The notes under the pieces: generated by a model
The model's input: the letters and a program-made list of their open reading frames with translations, nothing else
Databases searched by the model: none
What the model was told of the DNA's origin: nothing
Part shown: positions 38,249-51,465 of the stretch, piece by piece
Numbering within the stretch: the stretch's first letter is position 1
Layout: every line of letters starts with the position of its first letter
Translations under genes and position numbers: made by a program
Assembly (NCBI RefSeq): GCF_006345805.1
Contig: NC_042997.1
Coordinates: forward strand, 26,598,001-26,662,000
DNA length: 64,000 bases
Source: Octopus sinensis
Taxonomy: Eukaryota
Reading direction: 5' to 3'

Positions 38249-41184
38249 ACTTCCAATCTAAAAAATCAAAATTGTAAAATATAAAAATAACCTTTTAAAT
38301 AATTAAAGTATAAATGAAAAAATATAAGTATATAACCTATAATATAAATCCATATCGAAAATATAGACTAATTACCACGAATTCCCTAAAAAAAAACCAT
38401 GATAAAACAAAACTCTTAAAAACATATAACGATAAATCTCCCTTTGCTAAACTCATATAACAAACCTATAAAAGTAAAACCCCCTAACCTAAACATTCAC
38501 ACACAAATACACACAACGTAAACCACAGACTCACGACTTATACACATACCTATACTAACTTATAAACCTCAATATACACCAAAACCCACTCCTCCCCACA
38601 ACAGACAAATTAACACATACATCCCAAAACCTAAATAACAAACCCATATACACATTCACACACAAAACACACACTCACACGCAAAACACTCACACACAAA
38701 GATACATATACTCCCTCACATATACGCCTATACATACTCACTAAACTCGACATATACAACAATACTTACACACCCACAAAAAACATTATATACATTTATG
38801 AGCTTTAACTCACCTTAGCATCTCAAACAAACAACTTGCAGTAACCCAATCCCATTCTCTATGCCTACCTCACTACTACACTATTCCATTCACATTCCAA
38901 GCAACGCTAGTCCACCACCCGGTTATTCACGTGGCAAAACGAACACCACTCAAAAATTATGAATGAAACAATGTAAAAAATAACCAACACCTAAAATAGA
39001 CAAAATACCACGAATACCTAAAAAAAAAAAAAAAACCATGATAAACAAAACTCATAAAACATATAACGATAAAATCTCCCTTTGCTAAACCCTATAACAA
39101 ACTTATATAGCAATCCCCCTAACCTAAACATTCACACACAAAAAAACCCACACGTAAACCACAGACCCAAGACTTATACACAAACCTATACTAACTTATA
39201 AACCTCAATATACACCAAAAACCACTCCTCCCCACACAGACAAATTAACACATACATCCCAAATCCTAAATAACAAACCCAAATACACATTCACACAAAC
39301 CACACACACACGCAAAACACACACAAACCACAGATACATATGCTCCCTCACATATACGCATATACATACTCACTAAAACTCGATATATACAACAATATTT
39401 ACACCCACACTCATACAGATAAATAAATTAATTATACAATTAAAAACTCACAACCAATCTCATATACATAAACACTCTTATGAAAACAACAATAAATACA
39501 TCGTAATTAACCAGAATATCAAAAATAACATTATGACATAAGGATAAATCAAATACATACTTACAATTCAGTTACAAATTATGAAGTGAAATTAGATTCT
39601 TAGCCGTTAAAAAACCAAACAAAATTACGTTACCATGGAAATAACTAATGTAAAAAAAGAATACGCGCCATAGAAAGTAAACGTCATTCATAGTATGAAT
39701 GGAGAAATATAATAAATGGAACTAAAAACTATTTCCACGTAGCAAACCAACGCTACTTAAAAAAATTATTATGAATGGATTCTTTAAAAACTATCATGAA
39801 AAATCAATTATATACATTTATGAGCTTTAGCTCACCCTAGCAACTCTAACAAACAACTTACAGTAACCCATACTCAATGCCTACCTCATTACCACCCTAA
39901 TCCATTCACAATTCCAAGCAACACTAGTCCACCACCCGTTACAATTCCCAACTCTACCCATTCATTCACAATTTCAACGACGTTCCCTTCAACAACTCTA
40001 CATATAAGCCTCAACATATACACCGGAGATACACTTACACATCCGTGCGGATGGGTGGTGAGAGTATACATTAAGTGTAGTGATGGGGCTCCCATTTCTA
40101 AACACATTTGTACCTGTGTGGTAGTCTCCATGTGTATATTCACGCACGGGTATAAATACAGGGGGTACACGCTCACTTCATTTACGTGTACCCCTCACAT
40201 GTACATATGCATACTATTTTGGCTCGATATATGCAACAATGTAATCGCGCCGTATGTGTGAGCATTCACTGGTTGTGCAATTCACCCATCTGGGTGTGAT
40301 TGTGTGTTAAACTTATCACTGTGGAGGTCGAGCTTGATACGTATATATTAGTGTGTATTAGGGGTTGTACGTACTAATTATGTTCATGTGCTTCACGCAC
40401 TTGCGTCCATGTATGGAAGAATATATTGGGATTACTATGTAGGTGTAAATAGGGTATGGGGAGGTTTTGTCATTGTATGGGTGTGGGTTTCATTTGTGAT
40501 GGTGGTTAGTTGGTGATTATTAGTATGTTCTGTATATTAGGGCTAGTATGTATTATTCAAGTGTGTATAATGTACATATAATTGGTGTGAATGGGATTAC
40601 TCCCATTTTTTTTTTTTTTTTTTTATTATTTTAGGGGATGTATGTGTTTATTTATCCATGTGGGGCTGGAGTGGCCGTTAGGTGCATATGCTGAGGCTCA
40701 CATGCAAACCCAAGTACAACGAATGAAGTGGGCACTTATAATTGTTATGGGTGTGTACTTTATTATAAAAGACAATACCCAAATAAAATCTGTCAATTCA
40801 ACATACAAATAAAAAACAAAAAACAAAGGGATCTTAAACATTCACACATACATACAAAACTCAATAAAAACACCACTAAATAACACCCAAAAACATATAA
40901 ATATATCCTCAAAATACATATAACAAATGCAAAATAAAAATACATAATAAAAAAAAATAAATAAAAATAAAAATAAAAAAAATAAAAAAATCTAATATAA
41001 ATTATTAAAGTTTTAACGTACCATAAACTGCTAAATTAATATACATTAAAAATGAACTAATTAAAACAAAGAAATATCAATAAAGACTAACTATAATTAA
41101 ATCCTAGACAACATAACCAAAAATATATCATCTAAACTAATTTAAACTAAACTAAAATAACCTAAAAGGGAACTATTATTGCTA

Positions 41185-43720
41185 TTTATCATGAAACTTA
41201 TTATATAAGTAAAGTAACTTGTGTCTACATTTTATTTTGCGCTCCTCCCCAGTATTAAGTAAATTATCATACTTATAAAATAAAATTTCTTTAAACTCAT
41301 TAGAGCATAAATAACAACAATTAGCTCCTATATTATATGATTTAGTTTTACAAATTATTTCCCATATTAAACTATAATTAATATTTAGTGATTTAAGACT
41401 CCAAATATACTTACTAAGTCCGGTTGAGTTGATTAAGTTTTTATTTTAAAAGAATTCATATGTTGTGCAATTCTTAGTTTTATTTTGAGGAAGTAGAACC
41501 TATATAAACCGCTTTTGTGTAATTATTATTCTTAAAGTTATTATCATGTAATGTAACTATACATTTATACACTACATCGTTAATATCACAATTATTATTT
41601 AATATACAATTAGATTTATCTCTACATGTACAATTAATATAAGTCTTATCATTATTAATATTATTATCAAATAATTCTTTTTATAAAAATTATTCAGTTT
41701 ATATTTATTAAATGAAGAAATAATGTTACCAACATTATTAGTGGTAGAGTAACCAACTCCAAAATTATTAAAAGAGAAAATGTTTCTATATTTACGATTA
41801 TCTCTAATAAATAGTTCTATAACATCTAAAATCTCTTTAATAATATTCGTTTTAACTTGATCTCCATAAGGAACTATTAACCAAATTTTATTCTTATTAA
41901 CCTTATTATTATTATCATTATTATAAATATATTATAATTCTTTATTTTATTAAAATTATTATCAGAATTATATCTATGTACAGCATTTAAGGAATTATTA
42001 ATATTATTAAATTTATCAATATAATTATTATAATAATTATTAAATTTATTTTTATTTATATTATTCTTATTTATATATTATTATTATATTTATTATTATT
42101 ATTATTATCTTATTTATATTTTTATTATTTTTTTTATAATATCTATTATTTTTACCACTAAACGTAACAAAATTATAATTATTATTAGAAGTATCTCGAA
42201 AATTATCATTTAAATCATTATCGCTAATATTATAAAATTTAATATTCTTATTATAACCTGCCCCTAAGGGCCTCATTATAATAATTAGCATGTTTATTAA
42301 AAATCTCTATATCATAAGAGAGTAATGAAATACGTTTACTTATATTATTAATCAACGATTTTTTAATAGAAAATGGGTGATTACTATTAACATTTATATA
42401 TCTAAGGTTCTCATTAAGTTTATGATATGGTTGTGTTTTACCTGTAATAAGATTAAAATTAACATCTAAATAATTAACATTATAATTCTCCTTATATATA
42501 GTAATACGTAAACCATATCTTTTAAAGAAACTATATAGTTTTTCTTATATACTTCTAGATTCCTATTAGTACAATTCTTTGTAACTAGTAGAAGATCGTC
42601 TCTATAAAACCACCCTCTATCTTAAGATTTTCTAATTGGAGTTCAGATAAAAGAAAAATACCTACTAAATCAGTAGCCTGTGCAGAATCTGGTGCTCCCA
42701 TAGGTATATCAAAACAATCTCTAGTATCATTCCTAGCCCATAATTTATTTTTATATTTAATTAGCGATTTCCTAGCCAATTTAATTACATTAACTTCTTC
42801 CGTGACATGCCCACTTTATTCATTGCGAAAATAAGCGCTTTATTAAACACAATTCATTAATAGAAGAATAATAATTATCTATATCTATTTGAATAATTTT
42901 ATAACGATTTTTATCTTTAATATTATTAAACCATTTCAATGTATTATTATTACTAAACCATAATTTTAAATAATTAAGTTTATTTAACTTATCAATATAT
43001 TTATCTAAAATAAATTTACTTAATTTACCTAGGTCCGATTTACATGGGCAAATTAATCTAACTTTAGGGTCTGAATAAAAATTATCTTTATGGTCTTTAA
43101 GAGTAATTCTGGGGTGCAAAGGTACATAAGGTTCAGTTTTATTATCCAACTCATATTTTAACATTACTACTTTAGAGGCCTTATTTATATTATAAAGAAT
43201 ATCATCTGGAACAATTTATATTTTTTAATTATTTCTTTCCCTAATAGTTTATCATATAATTTAACATCTAATTTATATAAGTTCCTTGTTTTATCAGATT
43301 GTACTATAATACTATCCATATTTCTCATATCTTTAATTTTAATTGCTAAATTCCTTAAATATTCATTATTTCTATTTGGGTATTTATGGAATTCAATATT
43401 TTTTACCACCTTCCATATACTATCTTCAAGTAATTGTAATTCTTTATCAAATGGAGGTTCCTTTCTAGATTTAAATTTAGAGGTATAATTATCATTCCTA
43501 CTATCATATCATCATTAAATAAATAAAAATTATAGTAAAAAGCTTTCCATTTAATTCTAGAAATAAAATCTTTAACATTATTAACAAGTTTCAAGATAAA
43601 TTCCTTTCTAGAAGGAATAGGAATATCTTTCAAAGATGAATCCCAAAACAGCGGTTCTATCTTACCTGTAAAATCCATAATTTGCGAAATTGAGGTATTA
43701 CACTCAATATACAAAATTAT
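41185..43720 (-). pseudogene. PLE reverse transcriptase and C-terminal GIY-YIG endonuclease (frameshifted)
   Basis: SLKDIPIPS...RIKWKAFYY; DHKDNF..PKVRLICPCKSDLGKLSK; IDIDNYYSSI; FDIPMGAPDSAQATDLVG; thumb VNYLDVNFNL...SNHP; endonuclease CTCRDKSNC...VVYKC...VYIGST...LSKYIWSLK...CYLCSNE. Confidence 0.9.
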
Positions 43721-43913
43721 CAATATTATATAAATAATAAATATTAGGGAATATATCCAAATTTACAGGGAAAAAAAATCAGATTTAGGATTAAATCCAA
43801 TTTTATAGTAAAATATTATAAAATATTATTTGAGACAAAACCACTATTTTGCAAAACAAACAAGGAAAGACTTAATCAATACATAAAATTTAATAAATAG
43901 TCAAAAAAAACCG

Positions 43914-43956
43914 CCACTACAATCGTTTCTTGTCTTGATCGACAATCTTCAGGTGG
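43914..43956 (-). ncRNA. Minimal type I hammerhead ribozyme (intact core) in PLE2 pLTR
   Basis: CCAC-CUGAAGA-UUGUC(GAUCAA)GACAA-GAAA-C-GAUU-GUA-GUGG. Confidence 0.8.
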
Positions 43957-45541
43957 ACTTCCAATCTAAAAAATCAAAATTTTAAAATATAAAAATAATA
44001 CTTTTAAATAATTAAAGTATAAATGAAAAAATATAAGTATATAATCCATATATAACCTATATATAATCCATATCGAAAATATAGACTAATTACCACGAAT
44101 TCCCTAAAAAAAACCATGATAAAACAAAACTCTTAAAAAACATATAACGATAAAATCTCCCTTTGCTAAACTCTATAACAAACCTATAAAGTAAACCCCC
44201 TAACCTAAACATTCACACACAAATACACACACGTAAACCACAGACTCACGACTTATACACATACCTATACTAACTTATAAACCTCAATATACACCAAAAC
44301 CCACTCCCTCCCACACAGACAAATTAACACATACATCCCAAAACCTAAATAACAAACCCATATACACATTCACACACAAAACACACACTCACACGCAAAA
44401 CACTCACACACAAAAGATACATATACTCCCTCACATATACGCCTATACATACTCACTAAACTCGACATATACAACAATACTTACACACACCACAAAAAAA
44501 CATTATATACATTTATGAGCTTTAACTCACCTTAGCATCTCAAACAAACAACTTGCAGTAACCCAATCCCATTCTCTATGCCTACCTCACTACTACACTA
44601 TTCCATTCACATTCAAGCAACGCTAGTCCACCACCCGTTATTCACGTGGCAAAACGAACACCACTCAAAAATTATGAATGAAACATGTAAAAAAAATAAC
44701 CAACACCTAAAATAGACAAAATACCACGAATTACCTAAAAAAAAAACCATGATAAACCATTTTTTTTAGGTGGTAATTCGTGGTATTTTGTCTATTTTAG
44801 GTGTTTGGTTATTTTTTTACATTGTTTCATTCATAATTTTTGAGTGGTGTTCGTTTTGCCACGTGAATAACCGGGTGGTGGACTAGCGTTGCTTGGAATG
44901 TGAATGGAATAGTGTAGTAGTGAGGTAGGCATATAGAGAATGGGATTGGGTTACTGCAAGTTGTTGTTTGAGATGCAAGGTGAGTTAAAGCTCATAAATG
45001 TATATAATGTTTTTTGGGGTTGTGTAAGTATTGTTGTATATGTCGAGTTTAGTGAGTATGTATAGGCGTATATGTGAGGGAGTATATGTATCTTTTGTGT
45101 GTGAGTGTTTTGCGTGTGAGTGTGTGTTTGTGTGTGAATGTGTATATGGGTTTGTTATTTAGGTTTTGGGATGTATGTGTTATTTGTCTGTGTGGGGAGG
45201 GAGGGGTTTGGTGTATATTGAGGTTTAAAGTTAGTATAGGTATGTGTATAAGTCGTGAGTCTGTGGTTACGTGTGTGTATTTGTGTGTGAATGTTTAGGT
45301 TAGGGGGTTTACTTTATAGGTTTGTTATAGAGTTTAGCAAAGGGAGATTTATCGTTATATGTTTTTAAGAGTTTTGTTTTATCATGGTTTTTTTAGGGAA
45401 TTCGTGGTAATTAGTCTATATTTTCGATATGGATTATATATAGGTTAATATGGATTATATACTTATATTTTTTCATTTATACTTTAATTATTTAAAAGTA
45501 TTATTTTTATATTTTAAAATTTGATTTTTTAGATTGGAAGT

Positions 45542-45585
45542 CCACCTGAAGATTGTCGATCAAGAGAAAGAAACGATTGTAGTGG
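45542..45585 (+). ncRNA. Hammerhead copy in the inverted pLTR arm, stem II altered
   Basis: ccac-ctgaaga-ttgtcgatcaagagaaa-gaaa-cgattgta-gtgg. Confidence 0.6.
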
Positions 45586-45808
45586 CGGTTTTTTTTTGAC
45601 TATTTATTAAATTTTATGTATTGATTAGTCTTTCCTTGTTTGTTTTGCAAAATAGTGGTTTTGTCTCAAATAATATTTTATAATATTTTACTATAAAATT
45701 GGATTTAATCCTAAATCTGATTTTTTTTCCCTGTAAATTTGGATATATTCCCTAATATTTATTTTATTATATATAATATATATTATATATATATATAATA
45801 TATATATA

Positions 45809-45864
<56 letters not shown>

Positions 45865-45865
45865 G

Positions 45866-45896
<31 letters not shown>

Positions 45897-45963
45897 CGTG
45901 ACGCATGTTTGCCATTTCAATATGGCTAACCCCTAAGGGTGGATGCTACTGTAGTTTGTTATA

Positions 45964-46026
<63 letters not shown>

Positions 46027-46347
46027 TATGTATATATATATACACACATATACATATATATGTATATAAAAATATATATACTTACATATACGTATATATA
46101 AGGTTAGTAGAGGCTGGAATATCCGTCTAAGGGATAACAATATCTGTCATACTACTGGTATAATTACCTATGTCAACCCTGGACATACATATGCAAGCAT
46201 ATTATGCTCATAGGTTGCAGGTAATGACAAAAGATAAACATGAGTTTATCAGGAATCAAATTTAAAGTAAACAGAAAATGGAGAGAAGAAATATGATCAA
46301 CAACAATTGACTTACATCATTTATCACTTTTTAATTCCATACTAATA

Positions 46348-46530
46348 GACTGTCTCCCATCTAACAGTTGTTTCTGCTTCCCATGTTATATGGTATGCCA
46401 TTGAAAATTCAGAAATAATATTCATCATGAATATCATTTTTAGAATTTTCAATGAATATTGTTTTAGAATTTTCAATGGCAATACCATATAACATTGCAT
46501 GCAGAAACGGCATTTAGAGGGGATACAGTC
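46348..46530. mobile_element. Small MITE with ~60-bp imperfect TIRs, flanked by TA
   Basis: gactgtctccc...atgttatatggtatgccattgaaaattc / gaattttcaatggcaataccatataacatt...gggatacagtc. Confidence 0.7.
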
Positions 46531-48311
46531 TATTTGTATTGAATTAAAAAGTAATTATTGATGTAAGTTAATTGTTGTTGAGAATTAAATTCACGGGCCG
46601 CCAGTCAGTCTCCGGCATATAAAATTAGCTAATTTATATTTCAACTATTTCTCTTCGTCTCGATTTTAGGAAAAAGCAAACATCATTGTAACACCCTATC
46701 TTTGAAGGGCTTTTAACTGCACCATTAAGAAGAGGGTGTCAACCTTTGCATTATGAAGCAGTCCATTACTATTAAAAAGAAGATAAAAAACCTATCATGG
46801 AAAATGCATATCATAAATCATAATGGATAGTTGAGTAACAGTGAGTTGTCTAATATGCATATTAGCGAAAAGAGCTTTCTGCCTTTAATGAGTTTAAGGA
46901 TAGTTCATGAGGCTGTGCTATTTTTACGTATATAACGGAGCCCGACTTAGCTACTGACACCAGTCGGTACTTCACACAGTTGTGGACACACCTTCAATTT
47001 ACGTAAAATCATCTAATTTTCTCCCTTTTTACAATCCCAAATGAAAAGGTATATAAATATTCGAGAAAATTTAACTGATTTGTAAGCAATAAATACAGTA
47101 GAGAATAAAAAGAATGATAAAATAAATAAATAAAAAAATATAGTATATTTTTATTGTCCAGAAAGCTCAGTAGTCGCTGTCTGGACATTAGCTGTCAATC
47201 GACATTTAATAAAGATTTCCATTAAAGTAGCGTGGAAGGGGGAGCACAAAATACTGAACTCCAGCAAACGCTTTCTCAGCGGTGGTTCGGCTTTTCGTTT
47301 CACGCATGGCGGATTACAATAGGTGGTATCAGCGTGAAAGATTGATCCGATTCAGTTCGTTAGTAGACTCAATGGGGGTTTTGGTTATTATCTCAACAAA
47401 ATCATTATAACAAAGGGTAAACTTATTGTGTTTAGGAATAAGTTTCTTAATCGTTCTCGCTTGGAAAAACATTTATAAAGTTTATCAGGACAAACAAAAA
47501 ACAAGAGCAGACATAAATATGTCTCGAATAAGTGAGGAGTTTAGGAAACAAGCGAGCGTTTTTGATTTGCTATGGGTCATACAGCACATTATGTACTTTG
47601 GTTAAGCAACATATCAATAAATACTAGAAACAAAGTTAGTTATCACTCACAGTCATTTCACTTTATATTGATGACGGTGTTGCTAATAGTTTTTGCAGGT
47701 AAATATGTCACAACAGTAATATTGCAACAAGTCAAAGTCTGAAGTCCGAGGAAACTGTTGCTAGTCTGTGTCATCACAGCATTAGGGGAATTTCATAAGT
47801 TCTGCAGACGTTTTTTTGGTTTTAGCTTTTTGTCAGATATGTATTTCTCGGTTATTCACATACAATGATTTTTTTTTTAGAAAAATAAGGTCGCACCCGA
47901 GAGAGGCCCAAAAAACTTTCAGAAAGGTCGAAGGTAGCCGTCGACTTTTTCTATCCAAAACAGTTTTTCAAACAAATGTTTACATACTATCATTTATAGC
48001 TTTATGTGTTTCGAGAACCACTGTCCCCAACAAGAATAATACATACATACATACATACATAATACAAATAAAACAAAAGAAATACAGTTTATCTGACTCT
48101 TTCATGATTCTAATTCACTCATTCTCATATATATACTCTCTCTCTCTCTCTCTCTCTCACCACACACACACATCTCTTCTCTCTCACACACACACACACA
48201 CCCACGTGTGTATAAAATGAAATACGAAAAATAGTACATTTAAACTAAAAGGTTTTATATGGCAGATATATATATCGCGCGCGTGTGTGCGTACAGTGTG
48301 CGTGTGTGTGT

Positions 48312-48349
<38 letters not shown>

Positions 48350-48769
48350 TGTGTGTGTGTGTGATGAACATATACTCAACCTAGAATTTATCCTCCTCAT
48401 AATAAATATAACTCGCAGATATACATAATAATAAACTAGTCGTATTATTCATTCTGTCGATCTATCATCTGACATAATGAAAATGTGTACTTCGTAACTC
48501 CTATTCTTACCACGACCACGCCGACTATATATATATAATAAATGTGCTGGGAGTAATGCTTAATGAATATTTTCAAGAATATCAGAATATCAACTTACTT
48601 AATATCGTTATAACCCATTATTACCTACAAACTTACGTACAATCAGTATATGTGTAACATGCAAGATGCAAATATAATGCTCACCTCATTGTTGTCAGTT
48701 ATAGAAATAACAACGACGTACTATATTACTGAATATATGTTATAGATATTACAGAAATTGGCGAGTGGC

Positions 48770-48980
48770 TGGAGAGTTGTTAGAGTGTTATAGAGTGCGT
48801 CGATTCAAATGCGTAGTGATATTTCGTCGTCTATACGAGTTGAGTTCTAGTTCAATATTCCACTGAGGTCTACTTTTCTGTCATCCTTTCGCGGTCGAGA
48901 AGAAGTAAAGTACTGGGGTCAATGTAATCGATTAGCCTTCTCCCACACAATTTCAGGCCTTGTGCCTATGGTAGAAATGA
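48770..48980 (+). mobile_element. Decayed SINE family A
   Basis: ggcgagtggc...tatttcgtcgtc...tcatcctttcgcggtcga...aggccttgtgcct. Confidence 0.7.
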
Positions 48981-51465
48981 CAATATATACTGAGTGATAG
49001 ATTTCACGAAGCCAAATAATACAGTCATTAATTTTAAAGTTATCCTTTGTTTATATTTTTAGAAGTTATCTTTAAACTGAGATCATCACCAGCAGTGAGC
49101 AATATCTGTGACAAAGACACATATCAACAACGTAGTCTACCGACCGCAACCATGTACCACTGAGTAGTATAAATTTCCTATTCAGTAATTGTTAATGTGT
49201 GATTTATTGCTGAATTACATGTTCAGTCTTCTCACAAGAAAACTTATCTACGATCGACTGTCTCCTATCCAGAAGAGTTACTTATTTCGTTTTTTAACAC
49301 TATAAATGAAATAAATGAAATATAGAGGTATGTATGGGTTCAATAACTTTTCGCAATCCAGGAATAAACAAAAGAGTTTTTTTTAATCTCAAAACTGTGG
49401 CTTTCAGCAGTGTTTATATTATGAATATATTTAAATTAGTTAAATTACTAGCAAGCTCGCTTGCAATGCTGCGCTGGGCAAACATTTATGGAATTAATTT
49501 GCATTTTCTGATCTCAAAATTGCAAATGAAGAGACACCCGGAAAAATTTGTAATGCATAGATCTATGCATATGTTTAGTCAAATGTGACACTCGGAGTAT
49601 CGGCAGAGGGAATTGTCGCTTTTCAGTAAGTAAATTAACATCCCAGTACTGCAGCTTTCTTGTGTGTTACTATATTTCGTATATTTGACACAATATAATG
49701 CATTCAATAAATAAATAAATAAGATACGATCAGTGATATACTAGAAATAATGTAATTCAGAACAGACAATATAAGAAAGAAAGAATACATTATATGTTTG
49801 CTTAACGACTCAGTGAGAAGAGTGGTGCAGTTGTTGAAGCGTGCTGGGCCCATATCCTGGAGATCCATAGATCGAAAATACGCTCTGTGGAGAAACCGCA
49901 ACTGTTTTTGATATTCATACATCGAAACTGGGCTGTCTACAAATGTACGTACCAATTTTATTTTGCAAAGGATCATCAACTAACCAGGATACCCCAAAAC
50001 TCAACTAGCGCAGCGGGCAAGGACGACTGTATCAACAAGACATTTCGCTTAGTATATCGGATAACAAATGAAACCGATGTAAACTCTACATCCCAGGATG
50101 GCAATTGACATAATGTGAGCATTTTAGAATTCATTCAAGCTGCTAGAAAATATTTCATTCCATATCATTCTATGTATCGTCCCTTATTATACTACGAAAT
50201 TCCTATTAATAAAAGGGACAATAAAACATATAAGGCTTAAATCATACTTTAAAAATTCCTGTCATGCCTAGAAACCCTTGTCAACGAGCCATTCAGAACC
50301 ACTGACTCAAACGTTTGACAAAGTCTTCAAAATGACGAGATATTGTATTTCAAGGAGGTTGTGCAAACAATGTACCACGCCAATCGTAGGAAAATATTGA
50401 CGTAAGTACCAAAAAGTCAATCAGACATTAAACTGAAAAAAAAAAAAAGAATGCGATATTTCATGCACAAAAGCAAATTTTCCAAAACACGCAACAACAA
50501 CTGATGCAGTCATTTGCGACAATAGAGAAACGCGCAAGTTACAGAAGCCAGCAGAACAGCAGAAATGGTTATCTTATCTAAAGTAGACCAAGGTGTACAC
50601 CCAGTAACTCAATTTGCGGATACCTATAATTATCGGAGATTTTCTTTGAGTCATTCAGTCTTTAAGTTACTAAAAATTCGGTGGTTCTCAAACTGCATAC
50701 CGTTGATATTTTAAGTTATATATTTCTTTATTATCCACAAGGGGCTAAACACAGAGGGGACAAACAAGGACAGACAGACGGATTAAGTCGATTACATCGA
50801 CCCCAGTGCGTAACTGGTACTTAATTTATCAACCCCGAAAGGATGAAAGGCAAAGTCGACCTCGGCGGAATTTGAACTCAGAACGTAGCAGCAGACGAAA
50901 TACGAATTTCTTTATTGCCCACCGGGGGCCAAACATAGATATGGACAGTACAACTGATGGGATCAGTGAATCGATATGATTTTACATAAATGTGACTTTA
51001 AAAATAAAATACAGTACATAAAAAATCGAATGGAATACACAGTACAGAAACAATACAAATGAAGCGATGATCAAGTTACGCTCCGATCCCACAAGCCCCG
51101 ATCTACCGCTGATACCTTTTTATTTTTCCTTTTTTTCCCGTCTATTCACACATTCCTTGCACACACAACACTCGTGCAACATGCTTCCATCTCTTTTGGA
51201 ACGTACACTCCGACAGACACCTCTTCTCCAGCCACAGTTTCCTTTTCAAATGAGAAGAGAAAAAAGATCGTAAATTGTGACCAGAGATAAAGTTGCCTGT
51301 CTTAATTCCTTTTTATCCTAGTCTTCCATACAGCCTCTTTTGCTATTGCTACAACCGTGAGAAAACAATTCTTACCTTCGTTCGTTAGAACTCCCGGTGG
51401 GTCAATTTTTATAATTGACTCAGTCTTCCTTCGCCGGACAACAGTGTTCAGCATAAGCCCACATT

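Larger units (their letters stand above)
38105..45780 (-). mobile_element. Penelope-like element 2: inverted pLTR, pLTR, RT/GIY-YIG ORF, degenerate segment, tandem pLTRs
   Basis: pLTR copies at 38105-39040, 39005-39420 (partial), 43736-44750 and inverted 44757-45780. The coding region lies at ~41185-43720. Confidence 0.85.

Noticed and set aside
45190-45215. G-rich run in the inverted pLTR as a G-quadruplex or telomere-like sequence
   Set aside because: Only three tracts of three or more G are present, and there is no TTAGGG array.
49440-49485. Possible minus-strand Helitron 3' end (GC-rich stretch then CTAG-T)
   Set aside because: The hairpin is poor and I identified no matching 5' end.
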